From the human T2T-CHM13v2.0 reference genome, Homo sapiens, in the NCBI RefSeq assembly GCF_009914755.1, contig NC_060933.1: a DNA stretch of 64,000 bases. One strand, 5' to 3'. Made by a program: the position numbers and the translations under genes. The notes under the pieces were generated by a model that saw nothing but the letters and a program-made list of their open reading frames with translations, did not search any database and was not told where the DNA came from. Shown here piece by piece: positions 32,071 through 50,230 of this stretch; the first letter of the stretch is position 1; every line of letters begins with the position of its first letter.

Positions 32071-34204
32071 CGACCAGAAAACACACAGAACCTGCAAGAC
32101 CCTTCCTATATAAATGTTCATAGCAGCATTATTAGCAATAGCATCAAAATGGAAAAAATCCAAATGTCCATTCAATGCATAAATGGATAAACAGAATGTT
32201 GTAAATACATAAAATGGAATATTATTCAGCTACGAAAAGGGACGAGGCACTGAAACATGCTACAATAGGAAGGAGCCTTGAAAACATGCTAAACAAAGAG
32301 GCCAGTCACAAAAGGCCATGTATTGTATGGTTCAATTTATGTGAATTATCCAAATACATAGAGACACAAACTAGATGAGTGGTTGCCAAGGACCAGGGAG
32401 AGGGGGCCGTGGGGTGTGACTCCAGATGGATATATGTGAAATGTTTGAAATGTTTGGGAATTAGATATTGGTAATATTTGCACAATTCTGTAAATATACT
32501 AAAACCCACTGAATTGTACACTTTGAGAGGCTAAATTTTATGATATGTGAATTATATCCAAATAAAGTCGTTAGTTAAAAAAAAAAAAAGATTAGGCCAA
32601 GATTTCCTTTCACCTCTGTGGCATTAGAATTTGTCCTTCCCACCACTAGCTCTGAAGTGGTGTCGGTACACTCGACTGCCTCACTCTTCAACTTTCCTAC
32701 ATTCCCAGGCTTGATTCTGCGGTTTCTATATACTTTATTGACAAGCTAAATCAGAGTAGATTAATGACATTTTCTTATTAATCAGCAATAATATTTTCAA
32801 ACTCCTGAATGAAATACACACTATTAAGCTACAGCAGTATGTTTCAATCCATATCTAAGCATTTCATATGTTGATTACATTTGGGATTTTTTTTTTAACA
32901 ATCAAGGTCACTAGGTTAGATATTTGGAATAAGAGATTCACATGTAATTGTGTTTGCATAAAAACCACCTATTTTTTAAAATATTTTATTTCGATCATTA
33001 AAATTCTCTGCACACTGCTACTTCACTACGATTTCCCAAGAGAAGTTTCTCTTTCAAGAAACATAGTATTAAATAGTGAAAAGAAACTTGTTTCTATGTG
33101 AAGTGTTTCTTCAAGTTGATTTTAACAATGAAATCTTAAATTTGCTTTATTTCCCCAAACAACTTACCCACCAGGAGACTTGGGGCAAAGTATAATTATG
33201 TGGAATTCATTCTTGACATGTTCCTGGAACCCCTATCCCACTGTTCAGCGATACTTACTGCAACAACAGAGAATATAATCTCGCAGTTTTTCTACTGAAC
33301 AAATGTAATTTGAGCCTGAAATGAATGACACTACACATCATCAGGTGCATGTGAGAAGGCTGTAACCTAAACAGTGAACCTGCTTATAATGCACACTACA
33401 CTCCTAATTTCTGTTTTGGTCTTCTGAGGCGTGTTGTTAAATCCCTTTCTACATTAAAAACACTCACCACACCCTCCACTTACCTGACAGACTGCAAAAC
33501 AGTGGAGAATAAAAATTCTGCTTGGATATCATGTCTTCACCGTACACACAGCAGCCACACACAATGATGGTCAGTAATGACTGAAATATGGCACTGAATA
33601 CAATCCCCTCCATGTGAATTGAATTAATTGATTTATTAGGTGCAAAATAGCCAGGTGGATTTAAGCTAATTAAGAATTTGATTGCTAATTGCCAACAAGG
33701 GGCGATTAAAAAAATGAGAAAGTTAAATAAGGGATATGCAAGCCACAGGCTGTCTCTTCCGGCAAGAAGAGCAGTTATAGGAATAGAGTGGTAGTAATTA
33801 TGGAGTTTGAGGAGCAGTAAAACAGCCTATTCTTTTCATCTTTCTGGGTCCCATGCATGTTTCTAATAATGTCACCTCCTCTTAGTAGTAGACACCCGTA
33901 GAAAAATCAGTCAAGACAAAAAAAAACATGTTAAGTATTCTCAAAAAGGTAGACATGAACTGTGAAATAGTAATAAATCAGGATGACTGGCTTAATTAAA
34001 AGAAAGATATGGAATAGTGTTTTATTGCATACTTCTATATCCACTTATCCGTTCTGTGCATCCATCCACCCACACATCCATCTGATCATTTATTCAAATT
34101 TTGTTGAATACTTTATGTACACTTTTATATCCTGCTTTTTTCTTGATACCGTATATTAAGGATGTCAACACGTTAATAAAAGCATACCATAATCATTTTT
34201 TCAA

Positions 34205-34420
34205 CGATGTATTTAGCACTCACTATGTGCTATGAAATGTGTTAAGCATTTCACATGGATAATTACCTTTATCCTAGCAAAAACCAACAGATGAAGAAAC
34301 TGAAACTTAGACATGTTAAGTAATTTGCCCAAGGACATGAATCTAGTAAGATTCACTGGGGCTCAAACAAAAGCAATCTGTCTCCAGTGCTCTTGGACTT
34401 AATGATTTCCCTACACTGCC
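34205..34420 (-). mobile_element. MIR
   Basis: agcactcactatgtgc..acagatgaagaaactga..gttaagtaatttgcccaagg. Confidence 0.8.
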
Positions 34421-34723
34421 TTTCCAGAAATCTTTTTAATGGCTATATCATATTTCAGTGTTTGATATGCTATAATTCATGTAACTATTCTTCTATTTTT
34501 AGGCATCTAGGTTGCTTCCTGTTTTGTTTTTTTGCTACTAAGTACATAGCAAAGTACCTATTGCTGTAATGAGTACATATTGTTGTAAGGAGCATATGGA
34601 TATATAAATGTGTTCACTTCTCTTGTTATTTCTTGGCCATTTGTCTATCTGCTTTGGAGCAATGTCCATTTAGATGTTTTGCCCATTGTAAGATTGGGTT
34701 GTCATGTTATTATTGAGTTATAA

Positions 34724-35124
<401 letters not shown>

Positions 35125-35935
35125 TTACTTTCTTGATAGTGCCCCTTGAAGCACATCTAAGATTTTTGTTGTTTTGGGTCTTACTTTAAGGACTTTGGTC
35201 CATTTTGAGTTAATTTTTGCATATGATATTAGGTAGGGGTTCCAACTTCATTCTTTTGCATGTGAATATCCAGTTGTTCTAGTATCATTTGTTGGAAAGA
35301 CTATTCTTACTCTATTGAGTAGTGTTGGCACCCTTGTACAAAATCAACTGATCATGGATAGATGGATTTATTTTTGGACTCTCCATTTTATAAAATTGAT
35401 TTGTATGTTTATCCTTATGCCAGTACCACACTGTCTTGATTATAGTTGCTTTGCAGTAGTTTTAAAATCAGAAAATGTGAGTTTTTCAACTTTGTTCTTG
35501 TTTTTCAAGATTGTTTTGGCTATTCTGAGTGTCTTGCATCTTCCTATGAATTTCAGGATCAGGTTATCAATTTATGCAAAAAAGCCAGCTGGTATTTTTA
35601 TAGGTATTGTTTTGAATCTGTAGATCAATTTAGGAAATATTGCCATCTTAACAATATTAAGTCTTCTAATCCATGAACACGAACTGTTTTTCTTTTAGTG
35701 GATCATCTATAGCTTCTTTCAACAATGTTTGGTTATTTCAGAGTATAAATTTTGCAATTCTTTGGTGAAGTTTTCCTAAGTATTTTATTCACACCAATGT
35801 TAATGTAAGTGGAATTATTTTCTTAATTTCACTTTTGGATTGTTCATTACAAATGTACAGATATACAATTGATTTTTATATCTGTATTTATTTATATTAT
35901 ATATATATAATATATATTAAAAAGTTTGTGTTTTA

Positions 35936-36605
<670 letters not shown>

Positions 36606-36689
36606 ATAGCTATAAAAATGAATTATATATCTGTGTTTATTTGAATATAGGTAAATATTTATTCATATCACAATATCACAATCAGTATA

Positions 36690-37515
36690 CAAAAAATATA
36701 TATATCTTTGTCCCCATTTCTTGGCAAACAACTCCTAAGAACCTTGGAATCTCCAGCGTGCTGTCTTTTTGTATGCTAATGTTGACTAATAGCTTCAGCG
36801 TAGGGCTGGTCACTGGAAAGGCAAAGGCGTGATTAGAGGGTTGGGCTTTCAGTCCTATCCCCTAACCTCCAGGGAGAGGATGGGGCTGAAGGTCAAGTTG
36901 ACCACTAAAGGCCAACGGTTTAATCAATCATGCCTATGTAATGAAGCCTCCATAAAAACCCAGGAGGGCAGGGTTTAAAGAACATCTGGATAGCTGCATG
37001 CCTGGAGGTTCCTGGAGGGCAGCATGCCTGGGGAGAGCATGGAAGCTCTGCACCCTTTCCCCATACCTCTCCCTAAGTATCTCTTCATCTGTACCTCTGT
37101 AATATCCTTTATAATAAACTGGTAAATGTAAGCAAGTGTTTCCTTGAGTTTTGTGAGCCACTTCAGCAAATTAATTGAACCCAAAGAGGGACTCATGGAA
37201 ACTCCAACTTGAAGCCAGTCAGTTAGAAGTTCCAGAGGCCCGGACTTGTAACTGATGTCTGGTGAGGCAGGACAGTCTTAGGGACTGAGCCCTCAACTTG
37301 TGGGACCTGACACTATCTCCAGGTAGATAGTAATTGTGTTTTTACCATTACTTTTAAATTACATAAGCTGCAATTACTTTTGCACCAGTCTAATAAATTG
37401 GAGGACACCCAGCTTGTTTCTGCTTCTTACTGTATGGGGAAAACCCCCCACAAGTTTGGTCATAGAAGCTTTCTGTTTTGGTGATTATTGTTGTGCTGGT
37501 GTGAGAGCAGACACT
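36690..37515 (+). mobile_element. MER21-family LTR
   Basis: gtgattagagggttggg..ttaatcaatcatgcctatgtaatgaagcctccataaaaacc..aattaattgaacccaa. Confidence 0.8.
37329..37393. mobile_element. MADE1 (Hsmar1 MITE), one end missing
   Basis: agtaattg.gtttttaccattactttt..gcaattacttttgcacca..ctaa. Confidence 0.75.
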
Positions 37516-37767
37516 GATATTGCCTCCTGCAACTTTATGAACTTCTGTTAGTTCTAATAATTTTTCAGTTGATTTTTTACGATTGCTTATATATAAGATA
37601 TCACTTTCAAATAGAGACCATTCTGATTCTTTCTTTCCAATGTGCATGACTTTTATTTCATTTTCTTGTACAATACCCTGGCTAGAACCTCTATTACAAT
37701 GTTGAACAGGAGTGGCATAAGTGGACATCCTTATCTTCTTCCTAATGTTAGGGGAAAAGCATCCAGT

Positions 37768-38059
<292 letters not shown>

Positions 38060-38878
38060 AATTCAGTCTTTTACCATTAAGAATGAAGTAAGTCGTGAGT
38101 CAGATGCCCCTTATCACATTGAGTAAGTCCTTTTCTCTTCCTAGTTTGTTGAGTGTTTTTATCATGAAAAGGTACTGGAGTTTGGCAAATGCTTTTCTGT
38201 ATTGAGATGATACTGTAGGTTTATGGGGTTTTTAAATCCTGTTGATTGATATATTAATTGATTTTCAAATATTAAGCTGACCTTGCATTCCTGCAACAAA
38301 TCCCACTTGGTTATGGTGTATAATTCTTTTTATATGTTGCTGGACTCAATTTGCTACTATTTTGTTGAGGATTTTGGTGTCTATATTCATAATAGATTGA
38401 TCAGTAGCATTTTATGTTATTTTAATGTAATATCTTTGTCTGGTTTTGGTATCGGGGTAATACTGGCCTCATAGAATGAATTGGGAAGTATTCTGTTCTC
38501 TTCTAATTTTTGAAAGTGACTATAAATAATTGGTATTACTTCTTTAATTGGTAAAATTAACCTGTGGAGCCTTCTGATTATTTCTTTAGACAAAATATCT
38601 GGAAGCAGAATTATTGTGTCAAAGATATAAATGTTTACAAAACTCTTTATATATATTGTTTAATTGCATTTCCTGAGGGGGAGGCAGATGACAATTCATA
38701 CTTCCACTAGGAATACATGAACTCTCACATAGTTTTGCTCACAGTTGGCTCTCAATAAGTGTATGTTGAACTGAATTTTCTTATTGACTGGTTCTTCCCA
38801 ACTTTGAAAAACCACACTCACTAGTATATCAATCAAGTACTTTTTCTCAGTACTGTACTTTAAGAAAAAGATAGTATT

Positions 38879-39190
38879 GGCCGGGCACGGTGGCTCACAC
38901 CTGTAATCCCAGCACTTTGGGAGGCTGAGGCAGGCGGATCGCGAGGTCAGGAGATCAAGACCGCCCTGGCTAACATGGTGAAACTCCATCTCTACTAAAA
39001 ATACAAAAAAAAAAAAAAAAAAAATTAGCCAGGCGTGGTGGCATGCAACTGTAGTCTCAGGTACTCGGGAAGCTGAGGCAGCAGAATGGCATGAACCCAG
39101 GAGGTGGAGCTTGCAGTGAGCCGAGATCACACCACTGCACTCCAGCCTGGGAAACAGAGCGAGACTCCGTCTCAAAAAAAAAAAAAAAAA
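38879..39190 (+). mobile_element. AluY/Sc-like SINE
   Basis: TSD aagaaaaagatagtat; expanded middle A-tract. Confidence 0.93.
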
Positions 39191-39375
39191 AGAAAAAGAT
39201 AGTATCTCTTGCTTATAGTAATTAAAATTTTGTGGGTTTGCTGTATTGATTTCAGGTCAGTCTCAACCACATCTATGTCCAGCATATTTTAGAATTCAAC
39301 AAGTAATAATGGCCTACATCTGCTTAATACTTTCACACTTTAGAGAATCTTTTCAAGATTTACTATAGTAAGTAA

Positions 39376-39704
<329 letters not shown>

Positions 39705-39725
39705 TAGTGAAGAAATGCAGGAAAC

Positions 39726-40024
<299 letters not shown>

Positions 40025-40390
40025 AGAAACTTCTTTATGATATGCTAAGCATGAATCTGGTCACAAGCTAGCTCAGTTTGTTTTGCTGTTGTCATTAACA
40101 AAAAGTGATAAAGGATTTATGATTTTAACTATGATAAATATATATTAAAATGCTTGCCAGATTCTTGTATCACGGTTATCATATACAAGAGACTTCATAG
40201 TTTCATCACAGCCCTTCACAAGTATTCTGGATTCATTTTCCATATGGATGAACTTACACACCTACAACTATTTAATTCTCATCTTGATTGTATCCTAAGA
40301 ATTTTCTGATGGATTGAGATTCATGAAATAAACATAAAATGTGGGCCTTAATTGTAGCATGTAGCAAATCTTAGTTATGTGTCTATAAAC

Positions 40391-40439
40391 TTAAGAGAGT
40401 ACATCAAGAGGAGAATGACCTCTTGATGTACTCTCTTAA
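40391..40439. repeat. Perfect inverted repeat, 21-bp stem and 7-nt loop
   Basis: ttaagagagtacatcaagagg-agaatga-cctcttgatgtactctcttaa. Confidence 0.95.
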
Positions 40440-41067
40440 TTGAGGAAGGCTCCTCCTCTTCATGAAAGGATGTGGAGCTTGTCACCCACTGTCTACTTAA
40501 GTGCAAGGATCATTTTAAACCTGCCAGATCCAGGTTAGTATACTTCTTCTCTCGTCTTGGTTTTAGTACTAAGAAAAACAACTCATAATAATTTAAGACA
40601 TGTTCTATACAGGTTGATTGCAGTGGAGGTGTAGACAACCAGTTAGGTATATTCTTTAATCGCTCTGTTGCAGAAGCTTGTATTACTTAAAATGGTATTC
40701 CAGGCACTAGTCATTCTAAGTCTTGCTTCATTACATTTGAGTGTCTTATTTTCCTTGTCTTTTATTGCCTTCTACTTTGGTGGTTGTTTATAGCCCTGCT
40801 GGGCTCACTTGTTTCTTTATTTAAGAGTTCACTGGGTTTGTATCTGATCTTATCTTTATTGTCACCACCTTCCCACCTCTTGCTGGTTGATTTAATATTC
40901 ACAGTGACATTACCTCCAACTCTCTTGTGAGTGAATTCACATCCAACTTAGAGCAAAGTACTGCATGAATTATACACGAAACATTGCCAGTGTGAGTGGC
41001 AGAAAAGGTTAAATTCTGGATTTATTTTTTTCTGGTGACTGGTTCTTCATCTCTCCCATCCCATTTC

Positions 41068-41090
41068 TGTGTGTGTGTGTGTGTGTGTGC
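41068..41090. repeat. (TG)n microsatellite
   Basis: Direct reading. Confidence 0.9.
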
Positions 41091-41354
41091 ACATGTGTGA
41101 TGTTTTAAAGTCCCCTAGGTTTTATTGAAATTTCCTAAACATATACAATTTTCTCCTCTAAACTTTGTTGTTCTTCAGCTTTAGGTACTGAAGGTAAAAT
41201 TATTTTATATTTATTTTCAAATGTAACTATTGCTGAAGCCTGTGGCTTCCCTTTCACATTTGCTAAAGAGTTCACTGGAGACATGAGCCTGAACCTTTAC
41301 ATCACATGAAAGTTCCAAGCGTATTACAGATGTGCTTACAGTGTGTGTACTTCC

Positions 41355-41800
41355 CATTTCTTAGCTAAGTTGTTTTGGTTGGAAGTAAGAGAAACTAACT
41401 GCTTAAGAAGTAAAGGAAATTTATTGAAAGAATTTGGGAGTATCTCAAAGAACCTAAAGACAGCTGGCCTGCCCAGGGACTAAACCTGGAGAGCCCCCAG
41501 GCCTTATGCAGGCATGACTGCTCTGCAATCGTTAGCTCTGCTTCCCCCGCGCACATCTCTGCGGCAGCTCTATCTGATTCTCTGGATACACGATAGAAGA
41601 GGCTTGCCCCAAAGTTCCTGAATTTACTCCGTCTCTCTCGTATTTCAGATTTCAGTGAAAATAATTAGCTTGGCCTAGTTTAGATCAAGTGTTCATCTCT
41701 GGTCCACATCTGTGCCTGACACCCCGTAGCTCCCTGTGGATATAGATAGATGGGGCAGTTCTCCACTAAAAAGGTGTCATATAAGTTCGACACACACCCT
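41355..41800 (-). mobile_element. Old MLT1-like LTR remnant
   Basis: ttggttg.aagtaagagaaac..gcttaag..aaaggaaatttattg. Confidence 0.45.
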
Positions 41801-41853
41801 GTAAATTGTTTAGTGTACTGTTTAGGTGCTAGTTTCTCAACTGCAGAAAGTAA

Positions 41854-42182
<329 letters not shown>

Positions 42183-43152
42183 AAAGTGACTATTTAACAG
42201 ACAATAAGCGATATCCGTTCTCCTTCAGAAATGTGTATAAGGTCAAAGTTTCGTCAGTATGATGGTGTTTGTTCTCTTCATTGCCTTTCATCTGTCATGT
42301 TCACACTTATTCTCATGGCCTCTTGGGCTCATCCTTTTATTCATTTATATTCCCTATCCAGAAATAAGGCAAATTATAAATCGTTTGCAAAATTTTCTGA
42401 TTCATTCATTCCTGGATAGCAATAAGTAGAATGAATGGAACTGCCCTAGTGAGATTCAGTTTCATGCTCTTCAAAGTTGATGTGGGTATTATTTCTCCAA
42501 TAAGCATTCTTAATGTTCTCAATAATACCAGCTGCTGTCATTTTCTTTCAAACGTGGTCTTTAGTGAATTGCATTCCCTGGCTTGTTACAGCACATCTGT
42601 GTGACAATGGAATATTTTACATAACTGAAATTTTGAGATAATGTTTCCGGAGATGTATCTATTTAGAATCTGGTGATAGCAAGTTCTATATCTCTATGTA
42701 ATATGTTGCTAGAACAATGTTTTATATTCACTTATTGATTAACCTTTATTTTATTGAGATCTTAAAATGAACACAGCACCTTATGGGCTGAAAAGGAGTG
42801 GAAAATGTTTCCACAGCTGCTTCCAAATTAAAAAATAGGAGACTTTAAGATAAGCATTTGAAAGATAAAGGACATGATATCAACTAAGTCATGGAGTTCA
42901 AGGTAGGAGGCCTTCAAAGAGGAGGGGTTCAATGCCATCAAGAAAAGGGTTATGGCATTTGGCAATTAAAGTGACTATCAGAGTGGACTTTAAATAGCTA
43001 ATTTTAAATTATTTCAAGAGTATATTTTTGCTGTTTTTCCTCTGTTTTGGCCATTGTTTGTATTTAACACTCTCCTTAATACTTTTAAAACACCAATTAT
43101 TTACCCTATTCGTTAGTGTGTACATTGTATTCATGTGAGTGGGGAGAAGAAC

Positions 43153-43870
43153 TAGGCTCACCCCTGTTATTTGCAGGGCCTGGGGCAAGAGGACAAATGG
43201 AGACCCACAGACCATATGTCTAAATATTTAATTTAAAGTTATAAATTAAACTTAAGAAATTATAAGGTAACATTTATTTATTCTAAATGTATTTTACATA
43301 TAAAATTAAAATGTATTAAATCTTATTAAATTTCTATAAAAATGAAACAATTTTCAATTTTAGCTCCAACGTCCATTTGCTGACAACATAGTCAACATCA
43401 CACTTCACACATTTAATGTCTAGGCCTATTAGTATACAACTGTAAGAGTAACAGAAATTATTTAATCTTACAAAACTTTCTTCAGTTGTCCTGGCAACTG
43501 TAGCAAATATTGTGTACTACATTTGTGGTTATATCCAGAACTCTGTGGTACCATTACATTTAATTCAATAGGAAGCCAGTGTTTAGATGCTTGGCACTAA
43601 TGGGAAAAGATAGTTCCTTGTGCAACAATCTGTTGAATTCATGCTGTCTCAGAAGGGTTTGACAATTCAAATAATTTGTCTTTTTTTATAAGCATTTTCA
43701 CCTCTCCAATCCTCCCCGTCTTCTGAAGCTGAGTCCCTCTCTGATGTTGGTAGTGGTACAACCTTCAAACCTTCATGGTATTTGGACACAGTCACCTTTT
43801 CTTTCAAAGACATAGGGTAAGAGATGTAGAGAAGCATGTCCCTTGGGCCTGAATGACATTAGTCCCTGGC
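43153..43870. mobile_element. hAT-Tip100 DNA transposon fossil (Zaphod/MER45/MER115-like)
   Basis: tttgcagggcctggggcaagag.acaaatggag.cccac..accatatgtctaaatattta end; ccttgggcc..ccctg other end; minus-strand IFATVARTTEESFVRL resembles the hAT C-terminus. Confidence 0.55.
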
Positions 43871-44190
43871 CAGGGGTTAGAGGGCGGGCAGATATTTATG
43901 GTTTCATGCTGGGCAGAGTCAGTGCTACATGAGAGCACCAGTTTCTCTATGTGACATGCCCAGCTGTATTCCAAGCCTAGAATAATGTCAGGTACATAAT
44001 AGATGCATTTCATTCCAGAAAATAAACATTTATTCCTGGAGGTATGACTAGTGTAGGGTAGTGGTAGCCATTCGGCTGGCAGTATCTTTCAATGCTATGA
44101 GTCTTCATTTTTTAAAGTAATAGTTGTTAAATAACTATCCTTCCAGGAATCCTCTTGATCATATTAAGACAACAAAAATGAATAGTTTGA

Positions 44191-44577
<387 letters not shown>

Positions 44578-45899
44578 TGAGACCCATGGTCCATGTGCTG
44601 CTTTGACTCAGGCTGTTGTATTTAGTGATGCTGGTGGCATGCTGCAAGATCCTCAGAAGGGTCTGTGTGCAAGGTGCCACATAAGCACTGTGCTCTGCAT
44701 ATGTAAGTGAGGAGCTGCTCAGTTGTTTCTCTGCAGGGACAACTGTATTGTTTTTAATTGTCTGTTTTAATGGGCCTGAGTAAAATACTTTTCTGTTTTA
44801 TTTGATCTCCATCCCCTAGTGAGATTTCTCCCTGCCTTCTTCTTACCACTGTGACAGTTTTCTAGTTAGACATTTAGTTCTTTCGACAGGGGCTCTTGAT
44901 TATCAGTGGCAGTGACTGTTTTTCCATCTACAGGCGTTCAATCCTAGCAGTCCTTAACCTATGGGATCATTTGCAAAAAAGGGTTGAGTTTTGAGCATCT
45001 GGGATGAATGAAAGAAATTCCATAAAATAGCAAACAACAACAACAAAATCAGGCACAGGTTTTGGTTAATCAGCCAAATGAATCTGGATTGATTTTTTCC
45101 CCAAATGTTTGTAGCAGTGATCATAGCACCCGAGATTAATCCTAGTTTAACCACACCATGCCTCCGCTATATGAATACCATTAACAAATATAGGGCCATA
45201 TTAGAATGAAATTCGGACTGCAGAATTTTCTGGTAGGAAAAGTATTTGGCTGACATACGATGACATAATGAACACAATTTGGGCTAGAAGGCAGGAGATA
45301 CGAATTTTAGTGCAACTGTGCCACTGCATGACTGTGTGGGCTTTGTCAAAGCATGTAGTTCCTCATTTGAAAACATTTGCAAGTTGTACTAAGGCACCTA
45401 CCTCCCTGCTTCTAGCTCTATGACTGCGGACAAAGCATTTGCATCACCTAATATATTTGAAAAAATTGACTGTCTTTTATTTGAAGTTTCAGGTGACTCC
45501 ACTGAAAAACAAGCCCCTGTGACTCACTTTATCATTGAGACCTGGCTAAGAAATGGGTGTAAGGAAAAAGAGGTAAGCTTTGCAAAATCTTAGGGTAGAT
45601 TATATTTTCTGCATGTATGTTATTCATACAGCACTTTGCTATTCACATAGGGGGTCTCGTTTTAGAATGACAAAGCTGGGAAGTCCTAAATGAAACTATG
45701 AAATCAGTGGAATTGTCTTTGGACTGACCTTTCTGCTACCTGCCCCTTCATGCCCTTTTCCTACAGTGCCCATGGTCTTCAAGCTGCTTATCCCTGCAGA
45801 CAGCTGACCCTAGCCCAGCACTCAGGCCTAAAATCCTAAGACTATGCTGTACTTTAGGATCTCCCAAACAAGTCGAATGGCAGCATTTGAGAGTGTTCA

Positions 45900-46342
45900 G
45901 AATTCATCTGCCCCTGTACATGGTTTTGGCAGCTCTGGGCACCTGATCGGGCCTACCCAATCGTAGCACCCAATCCTCCCAGACACAATGAGTGGTTTAG
46001 GGATAGCCATGTACACCAAGGTGGGAAAATCAGACTTTTTGGGAACTCTCAGGAAAAAGACAGGCCCTCTTCTCCTTGGGATACCAGCTAGGAGGAAAGT
46101 AAGCCTAGGTTGTCCTTAGTCATCGTTGCAGCTATCTGGGAAATTGGCCAGACAATGAAAGCTATGCAGAGGGACCATCTACCTTAAGGGGTGGAGAATG
46201 GTAACTAATTCCTGATGATATTGTTTTAACCCTGGAACAGCTATGACTGAAACTTGATTGATTCCTTAAAATCCCCAGTTATGTGATTCTATAAATGGCT
46301 ATGCAATCTGAGTTTTTCACTTGCATACAAACATTCCTGATA
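45900..46342 (+). mobile_element. MLT1-family LTR remnant
   Basis: cagttatgtga..ataaat..tgagtttttcacttgca..attcctgataca 3' end. Confidence 0.5.
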
Positions 46343-47167
46343 CAATTTTTTCAATTCACTTCACTCTCATAATTGATTTATTTTTAATTGCCCTTTTTAC
46401 ATCCCAAAGGAAATTCCATTGTGATTTCTTTTTCCCTCCACAGTTCCCCTCCTGCTTCTCCCTCTGTTTACAGGCACTTCTGTCCCTACGGTTATACGAT
46501 GGTGCCTTAATCCCTTTCCCTCCCTTTCTCTCCACCACCAATCCTCCAATCTCATCATCATCAACTCTGCTATTAAAACACCTCATGGACCCATCTCTCA
46601 ATTGGTCCTTCTTCCTTCTCCGCATTTTCTATACTTCGGCCAGTCCTGAAGACGTGGGGGTGTTTCAGCATCCTCTCTACTCTGCCTCAGTCCAAAGGAA
46701 GGAGGATGCATCTGATCATCTAGTACTGCCTTCTCTAGTTCTTACCCAACGGAGAAGGAGTGGCTGTTCTGATGAGTCAGAGCACACTCTTTGGGGGCAT
46801 GTTTTGCTTATGGAACAAGTGACTACGTAAACTCTACCCTCTCTCTTATCCAGGGCCTACAGGCCATGTGCCCTCTTTTGGGTTTCCCCATGCTCCATTT
46901 GTCAGCTGACTTGGGCAGTGTGTGCCTCTTTGAGGAAGGTGACTGCTCTGGGCACACCCTTTGTTCTGTGCCTCCACCTATATGTAACTGGGTGAGTCAT
47001 CTGGGTCTGTTCTGTGGACCCGGCCATTGCAGAGTCAGTGACTAGGAGCTGAAAGTCTCACGTGGGGTTTGAAGTTTAAAAATGGGGCTTCCAGCCAATG
47101 GACTGGCAGAAAACCCCAACATGAGGTGAGGAGATGTTGCGTTAGCAGCTATTAATAATCAATATCT

Positions 47168-47482
<315 letters not shown>

Positions 47483-47539
47483 TCAGTCAGAATCCCAAAA
47501 GTAAGAGGAGTTGTAGGATTATTCAGGAGCACAAATTGA

Positions 47540-48920
<1,381 letters not shown>

Positions 48921-48986
48921 CTCTCATCTGTGGTTCTCAACTGCCCCAAAGTTTGAGACATATGTCTTGCTTTGTATTATATTTAG

Positions 48987-49347
<361 letters not shown>

Positions 49348-50230
49348 TTTTTTTTTTTTAAACTTTTATTAAGTTCAGGGGTACAAGGGCAGGTTTGTTA
49401 CGTAAGTAAACTTATGTCATGGGAGTTTGTTGTATAGATTATTTCATCACCCAGGTATAAGCCTAGTACCCGTTAGTGATTTTTCCTTATCCTCTCCCTC
49501 CTCCCACCCTCCACACTCCAATAGACCCCAGTGTGTGTTGTTCCCCTCTATGTGTCCATGTGTTCTCATCATTTAGCTCCCACTTATAAGTGAGAACATG
49601 TGGTATTTGGTTTTCTGTTCCTGTGTTAGTTTGCTCAGGATAATGGCCTCGAGCTCCATCCACATTCCTGCAAAGGACGTGATCTCATTCCTTTTTATGG
49701 CTGCATAGTATTCCATGGGGTGTATATATCACATTTTCTTTATTCAGTCTATCACTGATGGGCATTTAGCTTGATTCCATGTTTTTGCTATTGTGAGAAG
49801 TGCTGTAATGAGCATTTGTGTGCATATGAGTTTATAATAGAAGGATTTATATTCCTTTGGTTATATACCAAGTAATGGGATTACTGGGTGAAATGGTATT
49901 TCTGGTTTTAGATTCTTGGGGAATCACCACACTGTCTTCCACAATGGTTGAACTAATTTACACTCCCACCAACAATGTGTAAGCATTCCTTTTTCTCCAC
50001 AACCTCGCTAGCAACTGTTATGTTTTGACTTTTTAATTATAGCCATCCTGACTGGTGTAAGATGGCATCTTGTAGTTTTGATTTGCATTTCTCTAATGGT
50101 CAGTGCTATTGAGCTTTTTTCCATATGATTGTTGGCCACATGTATGTCTTCTTTTGAAAAGTGTCTGTTCATGTTCTTTGCCCACTTTTTTATGGGATTG
50201 TTTGTTTTCTTCTTGTAAATTTGTTTAAGT
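49348..50230 (-). mobile_element. 5'-truncated primate L1 (older L1PA-type) 3' end
   Basis: aagttcaggggtaca..gcaggtttgttac..tttagctcccacttataagtgagaacatg; TSD aaggagtatg at 49028-49037 and 50231-50240. Confidence 0.92.

Noticed and set aside
33168-33257. Possible 90-nt minus-strand exon (ttgttgcag acceptor, TGG|gtaagt donor)
   Set aside because: Stops in all three frames and no partner exons; cannot exclude a lncRNA exon without RNA data
46321-46830. 169-aa ORF in non-Alu sequence
   Set aside because: Low-complexity pyrimidine-rich DNA, non-ATG start, no recognisable homology
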